From: a virus
Virus genome (UHGV): UHGV-0143306
Strand: one strand, 5' to 3'
DNA length: 21,941 nt
Shown: positions 1 through 9,886 of the stretch, one piece after another
How positions within the stretch are numbered: the stretch's first letter is position 1
Layout: each line of letters opens with the position of its first letter
The notes under the pieces: model-generated
Told to the model about the DNA's origin: nothing
Databases searched by the model: none
What the model saw: the letters and a program-made list of their open reading frames with translations, nothing else
Position numbers and translations under genes: made by a program

Positions 1-76
1 GCTGATAGAAACAGAAGCCACTGGAGCACCTCAAAAACACCATCATACACTAAATCAGTAAGTTGGCAGCATCACC
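1..76 (-). mobile_element. IS1: IS1 insertion sequence, terminal 76 bp only; the element continues beyond the window start
   Basis: Reverse complement of 1-76 matches the IS1 left end from memory (GGTGATGCTGCCAACTTACTGAT... through GTGGCTTCTGTTTCTATCAGC). The 23-bp terminal inverted repeat lies at 54-76 and the first codons of insA (GTG start) at 1-21 on the minus strand. Confidence 0.88.
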
Positions 77-184
77 TGCAATCCAGTACAAAACTTTGTT
101 TGTCTCATCAAACATAGCAAGTCATCGATCGATTGAGACTTGGATGATAGACTTCATGCCTTTGATTATTAGCTGATAGAAGAA
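77..184 (+). promoter_or_regulatory. gtr operon upstream region, probably a truncated promoter/regulatory region
   Basis: 108-bp AT-rich non-coding stretch between the IS1 terminus and the gtrA ATG. It contains a single GATC (127-130) inside TCGATCGAT. Promoter elements were not mapped. Confidence 0.35.
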
Positions 185-547
185 ATGTTAAAACTATTTG
201 CAAAGTACACCTCTATTGGCGTGCTGAACACCCTTATACACTGGGTGGTTTTTGGTGTATGTATCTATGCCGCGCATACCAATCAGGCTCTGGCAAACTT
301 CGCAGGTTTTGTTGTGGCTGTGAGTTTTAGCTTCTTCGCGAATGCAAAATTCACATTCAAAGCATCAACTACAACGATGCGCTACATGTTATATGTCGGG
401 TTCATGGGAACACTGAGTGCAACTGTTGGATGGGCTGCTGATAGATGTTCACTTCCTCCAATTGTCACTCTCGTCACCTTCTCCGCCATCAGCTTGGTGT
501 GCGGTTTCGTCTATTCAAAGTTCATTGTCTTTAGGGATGCGAAATGA
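185..547 (+). CDS. gtrA: GtrA, bactoprenol-linked glucose translocase (flippase), 120 aa
   Basis: 120-aa hydrophobic protein, the same length as P22 GtrA. It is first in a three-gene operon and its stop overlaps the gtrB start (ATGA). Confidence 0.88.
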   Translation: MLKLFAKYTSIGVLNTLIHWVVFGVCIYAAHTNQALANFAGFVVAVSFSFFANAKFTFKASTTTMRYMLYVGFMGTLSATVGWAADRCSLPPIVTLVTFSAISLVCGFVYSKFIVFRDAK

Positions 548-1470
548 AGATATCTCTTGTAGTTCCTGTCTTCAATGAAGAAGAAGCGATACCAATTTTT
601 TATAAAACGGTACGTGAGTTCGAAGAGTTGAAGCCATATGAAGTGGAAATTGTTTTCATAAATGACGGAAGCAAAGACGCTACGGAGTCAATTATTAATG
701 CTCTGGCTGTTTCAGACCCGCTGGTTGTTCCGCTGTCATTTACACGAAACTTTGGTAAAGAACCAGCATTGTTTGCAGGGCTAGACCATGCAACCGGAGA
801 TGCTGTAATTCCAATTGATGTTGACCTGCAAGATCCGATTGAGGTTATTCCCCACCTCATCGAAAAGTGGCAGGCAGGCTCTGATATGGTGCTGGCTAAG
901 CGAACTGATCGCTCAACTGACGGACGACTGAAACGCAAAACGGCAGAGTGGTTTTATAAATTGCACAACAAAATAAGCAACCCAAAGATCGAGGAGAATG
1001 TCGGCGATTTCCGGTTAATGAGCCGTGAAGTTGTCGAAAACATTAAGCTTATGCCAGAGCGCAACCTTTTTATGAAAGGTGTGCTGAGTTGGGTTGGCGG
1101 TCGCACAGATGTTGTCGAGTATGCACGCGCAGAACGAGTGGCAGGCAGTACTAAATTTAATGGATGGAAACTGTGGAACCTGGCACTTGAGGGGATCACA
1201 AGCTTCTCTACTTTCCCGTTGCGCATGTGGACTTACATTGGCCTGTTCGTAGCTGGAGTGGCGTTTCTGTACGGTGCTTGGATGATTATCGACACACTGG
1301 CCTTCGGCAATGCTGTGCGTGGATATCCATCCCTGCTTGTCTCTATTCTGTTCCTTGGTGGCGTGCAACTTATTGGCATTGGCGTTCTTGGTGAGTACAT
1401 TGGCAGGATTTATGTTGAGTCCAAGCAGCGCCCGAGATTTATTCTGAAGAAAAGGAATAAAGATGTTTAA
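544..1470 (+). CDS. gtrB: GtrB, bactoprenol glucosyltransferase (GT2 family), 308 aa
   Basis: Translation [22 protein letters not shown]...DGSKD...DVDLQDP closely resembles P22/Shigella-phage GtrB as recalled, with a C-terminal hydrophobic anchor. Start overlaps the gtrA stop. Confidence 0.92.
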   Translation: MKISLVVPVFNEEEAIPIFYKTVREFEELKPYEVEIVFINDGSKDATESIINALAVSDPLVVPLSFTRNFGKEPALFAGLDHATGDAVIPIDVDLQDPIEVIPHLIEKWQAGSDMVLAKRTDRSTDGRLKRKTAEWFYKLHNKISNPKIEENVGDFRLMSREVVENIKLMPERNLFMKGVLSWVGGRTDVVEYARAERVAGSTKFNGWKLWNLALEGITSFSTFPLRMWTYIGLFVAGVAFLYGAWMIIDTLAFGNAVRGYPSLLVSILFLGGVQLIGIGVLGEYIGRIYVESKQRPRFILKKRNKDV

Positions 1471-2893
1471 GTTGAATAGATTTGATTGTGGGTGCTGGGT
1501 AATTGTTTGCGTTACCGCTCTCTTTGTATTGCCTATCCTGCTTTCAGGTGTTTTGTATCAGGACGATATACTAAGAGCGGCAAATGGTGAGGCGTATTGG
1601 GGGGTGCTTGGACGTCCTCTGTCTGACGTTGTTGTTATGGCGCTTGGGTTTGGTTCAGGATTCGTTGTTGATTCTTTTCCATTGTCTCTAATACTTGCTG
1701 GCGCATTACTTGGCGCTTCTTCAGTCATGCTTTACTGTCGGTTCGCGATCAGTCGCGGCATTGCATCTGGCCTAGTTTTTTCTTTATTTTCATTAAGCCC
1801 TTTCTTCCTTCAAAATCTTTCTTATCACTTTGACTCCCTCCCCATGATGCTTGGAGTTTTCCTTGCCGTTTTACCTTACTCTAAAATGGCAGCATCATGG
1901 AAGTTGGCGTTTAGGGTGCTATTTGGGGCTGTATGCCTTGTGCTTGCCTTGAGTCTCTATCAAGCAACAATAAATGTGTTCCTATCTTTGTGCGCCATAG
2001 AAATAGCTTACGTACTTTACAGTAGGGGAAGCGGAACAGATGCATTGCGAATGTCTGCCGAAAGAGCGGCCAGCGCAATTATTGGGATTATAATCTACAT
2101 GAAGGGTGTGACCCCATTCTTCTTGTCGAAGAATGTTCACTCAGATCTTGTATTAAAAGCTGATGATCCGGCTAAAAGCCTGCTTTACAACTTTGAAAGA
2201 TTCTGGAATATCGCATCAAGCCTCATGAATGACTCGCTTTACATGGCTTGGGTACTGATTATTGTAGTTGCGACTGTTGGCTTGATAATTCTGTCTTTCA
2301 GAGTGGCAAAGTCTGAGCTTTCTTTAACATCAAAAATTATTGGTTTTGCTGTGTTTTCTTCGGGCATTGCAGTGACACTGTTCTCAATTGCTGGGCCATT
2401 TATATTTATAGATAAGACTGTGGTTGCTCCTCGCGTAATGATGGGAGTTCCGGGGTTTATGCTGCTTATCGGCTATCTGGCATCAATGTTGCCATCAAAA
2501 AGACTAACAACTATCGCATGCATTATTCCTGTAATGTTCTCCTTGTCTTACTCGTCTGCATATGGAAATGCAAGTAAGCATCAGCGCTCGCTCGAAGATA
2601 AGGTGTTCTATGATATAGCATCTTCGTTGCCACCTAAACTGGATGGCAAAAAGGTGTTTATCTCTGGCCAGATATCTACCGCCGTCTCTACTGACATGGA
2701 ATTTAAGAGATTCCCTTCCCTTAAGTGGATGGTAATGCCTTTGTATAACTGGTCAGGAATGATAATGCTGAAACATTATGGAATTTTTGCAGAGATGGAA
2801 TCAATGAAAAATAATAACGACACTACTGTATTTAAGGATAGCCGTTACTTCATAATCCACTCAGGCAACCATTTTCATGTAATGCTTAAATAA
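1463..2893 (+). CDS. Type-specific O-antigen glucosyltransferase (GtrC position), polytopic membrane protein, 476 aa
   Basis: Third gene of the gtr operon, overlapping the gtrB stop. Strongly hydrophobic multi-helix translation, AT-rich, no family match recognised, consistent with the variable serotype-specific gtr gene. Confidence 0.72.
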   Translation: MFKLNRFDCGCWVIVCVTALFVLPILLSGVLYQDDILRAANGEAYWGVLGRPLSDVVVMALGFGSGFVVDSFPLSLILAGALLGASSVMLYCRFAISRGIASGLVFSLFSLSPFFLQNLSYHFDSLPMMLGVFLAVLPYSKMAASWKLAFRVLFGAVCLVLALSLYQATINVFLSLCAIEIAYVLYSRGSGTDALRMSAERAASAIIGIIIYMKGVTPFFLSKNVHSDLVLKADDPAKSLLYNFERFWNIASSLMNDSLYMAWVLIIVVATVGLIILSFRVAKSELSLTSKIIGFAVFSSGIAVTLFSIAGPFIFIDKTVVAPRVMMGVPGFMLLIGYLASMLPSKRLTTIACIIPVMFSLSYSSAYGNASKHQRSLEDKVFYDIASSLPPKLDGKKVFISGQISTAVSTDMEFKRFPSLKWMVMPLYNWSGMIMLKHYGIFAEMESMKNNNDTTVFKDSRYFIIHSGNHFHVMLK

Positions 2894-2911
2894 GGCCCGT
2901 AAGGGCCTTTA
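2893..2911. terminator. Hairpin between convergent gtrC and tailspike genes, candidate bidirectional terminator
   Basis: AGGCCC-GTAA-GGGCCT (6-bp GC-rich stem, 4-nt loop) at 2893-2908. It sits between the gtrC stop (2891-2893) and the tailspike stop (2909-2911) with short U-rich flanks in both directions. Confidence 0.5.
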
Positions 2912-4888
2912 CAATGTTGGCTTAACCCACAATTTATAGTTAATACCATAGGACGCGTTAGCTGTAGTTTGTAGGACTATAGACGCATCGCTTCTAGATT
3001 TTATTCCAACTCCGGATGGCTGAGTATTTGTGCTGACACCTACCATAGCCGTAAAATCGACTATTTTAAAGTTTTCTGGAGCTGTTATGGTAACAGTGCC
3101 ATCAGCAGCAATCTTAGCTCCCTGCCACGAATTATGCACAGATACAGATCTCCCTGCATAATCGTATGAGGAGCTTGGCTTTAAATAGCGCTCTATGTAC
3201 ATCCCGCCTATAGCCTCTATATTAGCGTAGTTAGCTGGTGCTAGCTTGAGTCTAGCATCACCGCCGCCGAGTGCAGGAGCGCCGCCTAAGTTTACTCCGC
3301 AATCCTGGAAGGTCACTTTGCTTGTTGTGTCAACAGATGTAACATATTTCGTTGTTCCATCTGTCGGCCATGGCTTCACAACGGGCTGCCAGTGCTTAAT
3401 CGTTACGGTGCTGTATCCGTTAACATAAGACAGACTTCTATCAGCGTTAGGTATCGCCGTCTCATCAGTTGCAGACATTAACGACCTTACGCGATACGCA
3501 ACCCCCTGCGTACCTAGTCCCGATGGTAGAATCTCACTAGGAAGCATCGCAAAAGAAAACTCAGCCTCAACGGAACCTATGCAATTCAGTAAAGCTCCTT
3601 GCCACGCCTCTACTCCCATATCAAAAATTACCCCGTCACACGAATCAAGGGTAATGCCCATTGCAGTCTCGTTTGTGTAATCATAGTGAGCCATCGACGT
3701 CAAGGCTCCTTCGAACCAGCCGTGGAATTTAGCGTAGTTACAATTTCTAAGGTAGACAGGGAAAATCGTATGGTCGATTTGTAATTCAATATTATGCGAC
3801 GTTGTGCTGCCTCCCTCTGTGGATTTTTCCGGGGTTTTACTCACGGCATCCCAATATATCCCCTTATGGCATGAGTCAATTTTTATACTACCCTGAGTGC
3901 CCCAGCATGAGTACCCGAAAGCAGCGAACTCACCGCCATAAAGGCAAACATCAAGATTCATCTTCATGGCATTATTCATATGCAGGCAGATGGTCCCAAC
4001 GCCCTTAGAAGGAGTGTGTCTGGCCACATCCCATCTAAGCTGAAACCCCTTAAAGGTAATATTTCGCACATTGCTTCCGGTAACGCCATCACCAGTAAAT
4101 TCTGACGCGTCACCGACTCTAACAATGCACAACTGCCCAAATGCGTATGAGGAATAATCTGTAGGTACGCTGCGGATAAATCCTGTATCCCATACGAAGT
4201 CATTTAACGGTGGGGCAATCCATGTAGAATATGGGCCCAACTTGAGATAGTTGTCACCAAGGTGATATTTTTTAAACTTGGCAACATGAATGGGCCTAAC
4301 CTTCCTGTTAAGGTTTTCTGCCAACTGGCATGCAGCCCAGTCAATTGTCTGGGTCAGAGATGTTACGAATGGGTATACAGCCTGCGCTGCTGCAAGAGTC
4401 GCATAACGCTCAGATAATGGATGAACCGTACCATCTCCGATGGCGCCAAACTGCTCTGGAGATACAAACTGAATGACTTGCGAAAGATTTCCTTGTGGTT
4501 GCACGCCTACAAGCTCAGCGCCTGTTGGAAGCGCTAAATCCTGTCGCAATCTGTCAGGATCGTACTTCAGAACATTCGGAAAATAAAACTGCTGAGCACC
4601 GTATGCATCATAAACAGCCATAGAATGGCCTTGCACAGTTACGAACTTGGCAATCTGCCCGTTATATACAGGATAACCAGCAGCGTTAATGATAATTGGT
4701 TGCGAAACAGGAACGTGAGAACCGTCTTCGTTTTCCACATAAACCCGAATCTGGTTTTCAGGATTTACCGGGTCAGTGTCAATTTTACCGATATAAATTT
4801 TTCCATTGGCTACGGCTTTAAAAGAACGAGCCATAGTGAAGAGTTGCGAAGGCATAGATACAATCACATTGGCTGTAATGTCTGTCAT
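2909..4888 (-). CDS. Tailspike protein, 659 aa, P22-type head-binding N-terminal domain with a divergent receptor-binding domain
   Basis: N-terminus [47 protein letters not shown]... closely matches the P22 gp9 head-binding domain as recalled; the rest does not resemble P22 gp9. GGAG lies 9 nt upstream of the ATG. Confidence 0.88.
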   Translation of the reverse strand: MTDITANVIVSMPSQLFTMARSFKAVANGKIYIGKIDTDPVNPENQIRVYVENEDGSHVPVSQPIIINAAGYPVYNGQIAKFVTVQGHSMAVYDAYGAQQFYFPNVLKYDPDRLRQDLALPTGAELVGVQPQGNLSQVIQFVSPEQFGAIGDGTVHPLSERYATLAAAQAVYPFVTSLTQTIDWAACQLAENLNRKVRPIHVAKFKKYHLGDNYLKLGPYSTWIAPPLNDFVWDTGFIRSVPTDYSSYAFGQLCIVRVGDASEFTGDGVTGSNVRNITFKGFQLRWDVARHTPSKGVGTICLHMNNAMKMNLDVCLYGGEFAAFGYSCWGTQGSIKIDSCHKGIYWDAVSKTPEKSTEGGSTTSHNIELQIDHTIFPVYLRNCNYAKFHGWFEGALTSMAHYDYTNETAMGITLDSCDGVIFDMGVEAWQGALLNCIGSVEAEFSFAMLPSEILPSGLGTQGVAYRVRSLMSATDETAIPNADRSLSYVNGYSTVTIKHWQPVVKPWPTDGTTKYVTSVDTTSKVTFQDCGVNLGGAPALGGGDARLKLAPANYANIEAIGGMYIERYLKPSSSYDYAGRSVSVHNSWQGAKIAADGTVTITAPENFKIVDFTAMVGVSTNTQPSGVGIKSRSDASIVLQTTANASYGINYKLWVKPTL

Positions 4889-5023
4889 TTAATTTGCTCC
4901 AGATACAAGGAATCGCCGCAGCATGGCTACGGTTGGAATTTGTTACATACCGAAACGGTGCGATTGTTGATTTGTACAGTAGGTTTTACGATGCCATTCC
5001 ACCCAACTGGTGAGGCATCAAGG
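4889..5023. promoter_or_regulatory. Divergent intergenic region between tailspike and mnt with candidate promoters and operator
   Basis: 135-bp non-coding gap between divergent starts. Contains an imperfect inverted repeat CCGCAGC-ATG-GCTACGG (4914-4930), a TGTACA palindrome (4973-4978), and a possible plus-strand -35 TTGTTG / -10 TACGAT with 17-nt spacing. None of these is verified. Confidence 0.3.
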
Positions 5024-5284
5024 ATGTACAGCAAATACGACGAGGCGCAGTTTCACTTGAGACTTCCGCATGAACTTCACGCGAAAATTAAACAGCGTGC
5101 GAAGATGAATAACAGGTCGCTGAACTCAGAGATAATTGCAGCGATTGAAGAATCATTGGCTAAACAAAGCTCTGCATCTGTTTACATTGACGATGCAGAG
5201 CGTATGGCAGAACAACAATCTGAGATGGTTAAGAAAATTGTCTTTGATACGCTCAAGGAGCTATATAAAAAAGACAGCAGCTAA
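5024..5284 (+). CDS. mnt: Mnt-like ribbon-helix-helix repressor, 86 aa
   Basis: C-terminal region DAERMAEQQSEMVKKIVFDTLKELYKK matches P22 Mnt (DAERLADEQSELVKKMVFDTLKDLYKK as recalled), and the N-terminal RHH region is similar. Start chosen at the internal ATG at 5024; the longer track ORF (4625-) overlaps the tailspike gene. Confidence 0.8.
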   Translation: MYSKYDEAQFHLRLPHELHAKIKQRAKMNNRSLNSEIIAAIEESLAKQSSASVYIDDAERMAEQQSEMVKKIVFDTLKELYKKDSS

Positions 5285-5304
5285 CTATCAGTTACGGAGG
5301 ATTT

Positions 5305-5382
5305 ATGCAAAGAGATATGCTGAATATTGCGTTCTACATATTTGGTTTTTGCACGTTCCTGGTGTTTGCGAAGCTATTCTGA
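5305..5382 (+). CDS. Hypothetical 25-aa hydrophobic peptide (MQRDMLNIAFYIFGFCTFLVFAKLF), single predicted transmembrane segment
   Basis: GGAGG (5296-5300) lies 4 nt upstream of the ATG at 5305, 20 nt after the mnt stop; TGA at 5380-5382. Not in the ORF track because it is too short; the translation was done by hand. Confidence 0.3.
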   Translation: MQRDMLNIAFYIFGFCTFLVFAKLF

Positions 5383-7371
5383 CAACGCATCAGACTTGGC
5401 ACCTTGAGTCAGGGCGTTAATGGCCTTTTGCGCCTGCTGCATGGCTTTCTCAAACGCTGTTGATCCGCGTGGGGTGTTTGCCATTCGGAGCATTGCATTT
5501 CTGAATGGCTCGCTCTCATAGGCGCGAGTAAGAAGTCCGTAGCTTACCGCTGCGCCAGTTGTCGCCGGGTTCATTGCCGTCCCATATCCGATAATGAACG
5601 GGATGGTTTGCTGCCCTGTTGGTGTTGTTACTGCCGATTTTGCAGCCTGCTGCGTGGATTGCAGGTAGTTTTTCAATCCTTTCAGATAAGCAGCATCCTG
5701 CCCCTTAAATATTATTCCAGTCTGGTTTTGCATGATGTTAAGCTGCCGAAGGAACTGGTCAGGGGAACCACCTGATTTCTCCATCGCCTTTCCAATGATG
5801 CCATTGCGCATTTGCACCCTACCAACACGACCAACTGAGTTATACAGAGCCTTAATTTCAGATTTGTTCTTGCTGAATAGTATGTTGTTGACAACTTCCG
5901 GCGTCAGGTCGCCTTTCATGAGAACATTCTTCAGCCTGGTATTCTTTAGTTTCGCCGCTTCGTCAGCGTAGACGGCATTGGCCTGCTGATATTTACGGAG
6001 AGTATCGTTGCCAAGATTCTGACCAATGGCACCATTGATATCGTCTGTCATCGCCTTGTAAACGCGCTGAATGGCGGCATCGGAACGGTTTGGTAACACT
6101 GGTCGCTCACCCTTCACGTCCATTCTGAACTGGCTGCGCAGGTCGCTTAATTGCTTCAGATCCAGATTTACCGGACCATCAGGACCAGCATTGCGAACAA
6201 GCTCATCACGATATGACTGAAGTTTTGAAATAGTCTCGTTATCAGCAACCTTACCAAGCTTCTGCAGGTTAGATATTTCTGTATCAATCTGCTGAATTGC
6301 TCGCGCAGGCTGAATGTTTACTCCAGCCATAGCATTCTGAACCTGCTCAAGACGGTTCCCTGCAGCACGACGAATTCCTGATGTTTTCGCTTTAAGGCTG
6401 TCAATAACAACAGCTGGATCATACTCACCGAATTTATCAGCAAATCTCTGCACCAACTGGCTTCTCGCTTCCTGTTGCGTTGCTCTCATTCCGCTTGTGC
6501 CAGCCAGGGGGATATTTTCTGCTGTAGTCTGCGCCATTTTCCCGACGCGGGAAGTAGGCTGTAACAGGTCTGTGGTGTGCAGAGGAACTCCTTCACGCTC
6601 TGCAAATCTGATAGCCTGCTGCGCTTCTGGCGCAATAGCACCACGAACGCCACGATAAGCAGCACCTAATCCACGTCCGGCAGCGTTAATAGCACCGCCA
6701 GCCAGCACACCAACGCCTAAATCGGTGGCGAGTGCTTCCGCATCATCTTTCGCACTATTTGCAGCAAGTGATCCAACTGCGTTTTCTGCGAGAAGTCGTG
6801 TTGCCCCCTGAGCAATTCGACCAGCAAGTGTTGGTGCCTGTGCTGCCGCTCTCTCAACGCCAGCAGGAGTGAGGTAAGGCAATGCTTCAGCAAATACCCT
6901 TCCCTCTGTCGTTTGTGGAGTGAGCGCGCCTTGCTGAAGACCAAAGTCCTGCTCTAACCCCTGCGTTGTTACTCGTGGCGCTGGTTGATATGTACCATCG
7001 CCAATGCCGAGTTTACCGCCAGCCCATGCCGCCGCGCTTGTTACAGCATCGGCAACTGATGCAGGTATGTTTGCCACGTTCACGCCAGCCTGCACCAGTC
7101 CACGACCAGTCTCTTTTACTGCTTCACCAAGATCAGACATAAACCCACTTTGCTGTGGTTGTTGCTGTGCTTCTGGTTGTTGTGTCTCCACTGGCTGCAC
7201 AGATGGCAATGGATAGGTAGCATAGAAAGCTTGCTTAGCCTGCTCTGCATTTTCTCCGGCTTGCGGGGCCACGACTTCATTGAAGTATTGCTCCTGAGCC
7301 TGCGCTTTTTGTTCTGGTGCTAACGCCTGATACTGTGGAGAGGCGATAACATCTTTCCATGCTTTAGCCAT
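5374..7371 (-). CDS. Ejection (injection) protein, P22 gp16 homologue, 665 aa
   Basis: Last gene of the gp7-gp20-gp16 block in conserved P22 order. Start overlaps the gp20 stop (TAATG). Confidence 0.8.
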   Translation of the reverse strand: MAKAWKDVIASPQYQALAPEQKAQAQEQYFNEVVAPQAGENAEQAKQAFYATYPLPSVQPVETQQPEAQQQPQQSGFMSDLGEAVKETGRGLVQAGVNVANIPASVADAVTSAAAWAGGKLGIGDGTYQPAPRVTTQGLEQDFGLQQGALTPQTTEGRVFAEALPYLTPAGVERAAAQAPTLAGRIAQGATRLLAENAVGSLAANSAKDDAEALATDLGVGVLAGGAINAAGRGLGAAYRGVRGAIAPEAQQAIRFAEREGVPLHTTDLLQPTSRVGKMAQTTAENIPLAGTSGMRATQQEARSQLVQRFADKFGEYDPAVVIDSLKAKTSGIRRAAGNRLEQVQNAMAGVNIQPARAIQQIDTEISNLQKLGKVADNETISKLQSYRDELVRNAGPDGPVNLDLKQLSDLRSQFRMDVKGERPVLPNRSDAAIQRVYKAMTDDINGAIGQNLGNDTLRKYQQANAVYADEAAKLKNTRLKNVLMKGDLTPEVVNNILFSKNKSEIKALYNSVGRVGRVQMRNGIIGKAMEKSGGSPDQFLRQLNIMQNQTGIIFKGQDAAYLKGLKNYLQSTQQAAKSAVTTPTGQQTIPFIIGYGTAMNPATTGAAVSYGLLTRAYESEPFRNAMLRMANTPRGSTAFEKAMQQAQKAINALTQGAKSDALSE

Positions 7372-8726
7372 TAATCACCCCATAGTGAAGAAAAGTTACT
7401 GCTGGCTGCTGGCTGTGATACCTGTGCAGGTTGAGATTGATGCCGCTGAGATTTACCAACATTAACGTTATATTGTTGGTTGTAATTGTTGGTGTATTCC
7501 TGAATCTCACGAATCGACTGCTGCATAGCCTCCGGGCTTGAATAGTCAACCTGCGGCATCCCCTGAAAATACATCTTCGCTTCTGCAACAGTGTTAATAC
7601 CACTGGCACCCATGTCCCTTGCTGCCGCCACACCCTGATTCTGCATTCTGCCCTGAATCCGTTGTGCTGAGTTATATAACTGGCGCTGCTCTTTTCCTGT
7701 TAATCGGCTGCGAACATCAGCACCAATTGCTGGATTACCTGCACCGCCTGTCATTCCTGTCATGAAATCGAGAGCAGAAGCGTCTGCATTTGCGATCGCG
7801 TCGATATCCTTCTTCATGGCATAGTTTTGTGCTGATGCAGACGATGTTGCAGGCGCTGCGATTGAACTGGCAGGAACGCGAACCATATTCCCCTCGTTGT
7901 CGATGCCTTCGTAGAACGCATTAGCCCCAGCGCCATGAAGCTTCCCGCCGACAGTTACAGTTCTGCCATCTGATAACTGAACTGTACGCTCATCATTCCC
8001 AGCAGTTCCTCTTGTTGACGCTCGCTGCATTGCCAAATCCTGCCCGCGCATCGTGATGTTCTGACCTCGTGCTGTTAGCGCCTCTCCGGCCTGATTGCTG
8101 CGGATTGTCTCTGCCAGCCTGCCTCGGTCAATCTCACGACCAGCCATCTTGTCCTGAACATTGAAGTAGTCAATCGGACCGAGAGCAGCCATCCCAAGGT
8201 GATCAACAAACTCACCAAACCCTGAAGGGTTCTGCTGATACATCTGAGCAACGTTATTAGGGTCAACACCGACGCGAGTCAGTTCCTTGGCGTTGTTTTG
8301 CAGCCATGATTGCATTGCTTCTGGAGACGATGACGCAAGGCGTGCGCCAGCCGCTAAGGTGCCGATAGAATTACGCTGCTCTTCATCAATGAATCCCATG
8401 CCTTTACGAACGGATTCAATCTGGTCTGGATATTGAGTAGCCAACTGACGCAAAGCACCGCGATCACCAGACGCATAAGCATTAGCGTACGCCTGCTGAA
8501 ATTCTTTCTGCCGCTGAGCCTGCTTTTCCTGCTGAAAAACACCCGCAATACCTGAAAGACCTTGCAAAGCAGTCAGCCCAACATTGTTAGCGCCTGAACG
8601 CTCAATATCATTGTTCTGCCTGATAAGCTGAAGCGTATTGCCGATGTCATTTACGCTCGGAGCGTTTGAGTTTACGCCGCCGATACCAGCCAACAATCCG
8701 CCGTTTGTTCCTTGCCAAGTAGCCAT
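7371..8726 (-). CDS. Ejection protein, P22 gp20 homologue, 451 aa
   Basis: Position and size (451 aa versus roughly 471 in P22) in the conserved gene order; Ala/Gly/Gln-rich composition typical of ejection proteins. Confidence 0.78.
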   Translation of the reverse strand: MATWQGTNGGLLAGIGGVNSNAPSVNDIGNTLQLIRQNNDIERSGANNVGLTALQGLSGIAGVFQQEKQAQRQKEFQQAYANAYASGDRGALRQLATQYPDQIESVRKGMGFIDEEQRNSIGTLAAGARLASSSPEAMQSWLQNNAKELTRVGVDPNNVAQMYQQNPSGFGEFVDHLGMAALGPIDYFNVQDKMAGREIDRGRLAETIRSNQAGEALTARGQNITMRGQDLAMQRASTRGTAGNDERTVQLSDGRTVTVGGKLHGAGANAFYEGIDNEGNMVRVPASSIAAPATSSASAQNYAMKKDIDAIANADASALDFMTGMTGGAGNPAIGADVRSRLTGKEQRQLYNSAQRIQGRMQNQGVAAARDMGASGINTVAEAKMYFQGMPQVDYSSPEAMQQSIREIQEYTNNYNQQYNVNVGKSQRHQSQPAQVSQPAASSNFSSLWGD

Positions 8727-8735
8727 GATTACCCC

Positions 8736-9428
8736 TTAAAACAACGAGCCAAGCAATCCGATACCAGCACCAATGCCAGCGCCCCAAGGCGTTGATGTTC
8801 CCAAAAGGCTGGCAAGACCTGCACCGGCAATCGCACCAGACGTGCCACCGCCAATTGCAGTCTGAAGACTTGATGGTTTATTGGCATTAGCAGCGGCAAG
8901 TGCTGCGCTTTGCTGTGCAATGCTGCTCATGTTGTTGGCGTATGTCTGCCCAGCGTTTGCCTGACCTTGCAGCGCACCAAGCCCAACGTTTGCCAGATTG
9001 TTGTAATTGCTCATCTGGTTTGATAACCAAGACTGACCGAGAGTCGGCGCGATCGTAGCCAGTTGATTGCTTGTGGCTGTCGAACCAAGTCCACCCGTCG
9101 CCTCCGCAGCAGCAAGACTCTGGTAACGCGCCTGACCTGCAAGGTCTTTATACTGCTGAGAATTGTAATACTGATTAAGTGCCTGCCCCTGACCTTCTAA
9201 ACTGGAAAGATTCTGAAGCTGGTTAACATACTGCTCCGCAAGCGGCGTGAACGGAGCAAGGTTTTTCATGATCGTCTGCCACTGCTGATTTTGCAGGTCT
9301 GCGGCATACTTCTGAGCTTCTGCTGCATACTTTGCGCTTTTATCAGAGCTGCCACCTTTCCCGCCTTTTTCAGGGCAATAAGGTTCCTCGCCGCGCAGTT
9401 TTCTGCCCAGCTTAAATGCATATAACAT
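8736..9428 (-). CDS. Ejection protein, P22 gp7 homologue, 230 aa
   Basis: 230 aa versus 229 in P22 gp7, in the conserved position between the gp14-position gene and gp20. Confidence 0.78.
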   Translation of the reverse strand: MLYAFKLGRKLRGEEPYCPEKGGKGGSSDKSAKYAAEAQKYAADLQNQQWQTIMKNLAPFTPLAEQYVNQLQNLSSLEGQGQALNQYYNSQQYKDLAGQARYQSLAAAEATGGLGSTATSNQLATIAPTLGQSWLSNQMSNYNNLANVGLGALQGQANAGQTYANNMSSIAQQSAALAAANANKPSSLQTAIGGGTSGAIAGAGLASLLGTSTPWGAGIGAGIGLLGSLF

Positions 9429-9430
9429 GG

Positions 9431-9886
9431 CTATCTCCCGTGATTCAGGAAGTCGATTAGTTCTTCGCGTGTGGCGCTGTAAAAAGTCACGTCATCCACG
9501 CCTTTGAAGTATTTCTTGATGGTTCCGACACGCTTAAGGCCAATCATTGCGCAGTAAATCTGCCCGTGGCGGAATTTGCGTGCGGCGAACGATGTGACGC
9601 ACTGAACGGTGGTGTTAGTCAGAATGTATCGCCAGAACGCCAGCCCGATTTCCTTGCTGAATCCGCGAATCTCTGGCAGGTACATGGCGTGGCAATCGAA
9701 TGTCAGCGGCTGAATCTCCTGATAGTAAACAATGCCGCCAAACTGACCGTGCACGTTCACCTCAAAGTAACGGCAATCAGGTTTGTAGTCGTATCCATCA
9801 CCGTTGTTGCTCCCGGCGATGATGTCAGGGTGATTTCCTACTGCTTCGATCAGGTCGATGTTTCGCGTTGGTTTGAATGTAATCAT
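9431..9886 (-). CDS. Protein at the P22 gp14 position, 151 aa, function uncertain
   Basis: Tightly packed between gp26 and gp7 with a 1-nt overlap to the gp26 stop. Assignment is by position and size only; I cannot recall the P22 gp14 sequence. Confidence 0.6.
   Translation of the reverse strand: MITFKPTRNIDLIEAVGNHPDIIAGSNNGDGYDYKPDCRYFEVNVHGQFGGIVYYQEIQPLTFDCHAMYLPEIRGFSKEIGLAFWRYILTNTTVQCVTSFAARKFRHGQIYCAMIGLKRVGTIKKYFKGVDDVTFYSATREELIDFLNHGR

Noticed and set aside
1-76. Possible tRNA 3' end or phage att core at the window start, as expected next to gtr in P22-like prophages
   Set aside because: The sequence is an exact match to the IS1 terminus (inverted repeat plus the insA start), not a tRNA; no CCA-ending acceptor stem or T-arm is present.
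4625-5023. N-terminal 133 codons of the 219-aa plus-strand ORF
   Set aside because: This part overlaps the well-supported tailspike gene on the opposite strand; only the C-terminal 86 aa (from the ATG at 5024) resembles Mnt.
5136-5420. 94-aa plus-strand ORF
   Set aside because: Out-of-frame overlap with mnt and antisense overlap with the gp16 3' end; Arg/Leu-rich and no recognisable features. The short 25-aa ORF in another frame has the strong RBS.
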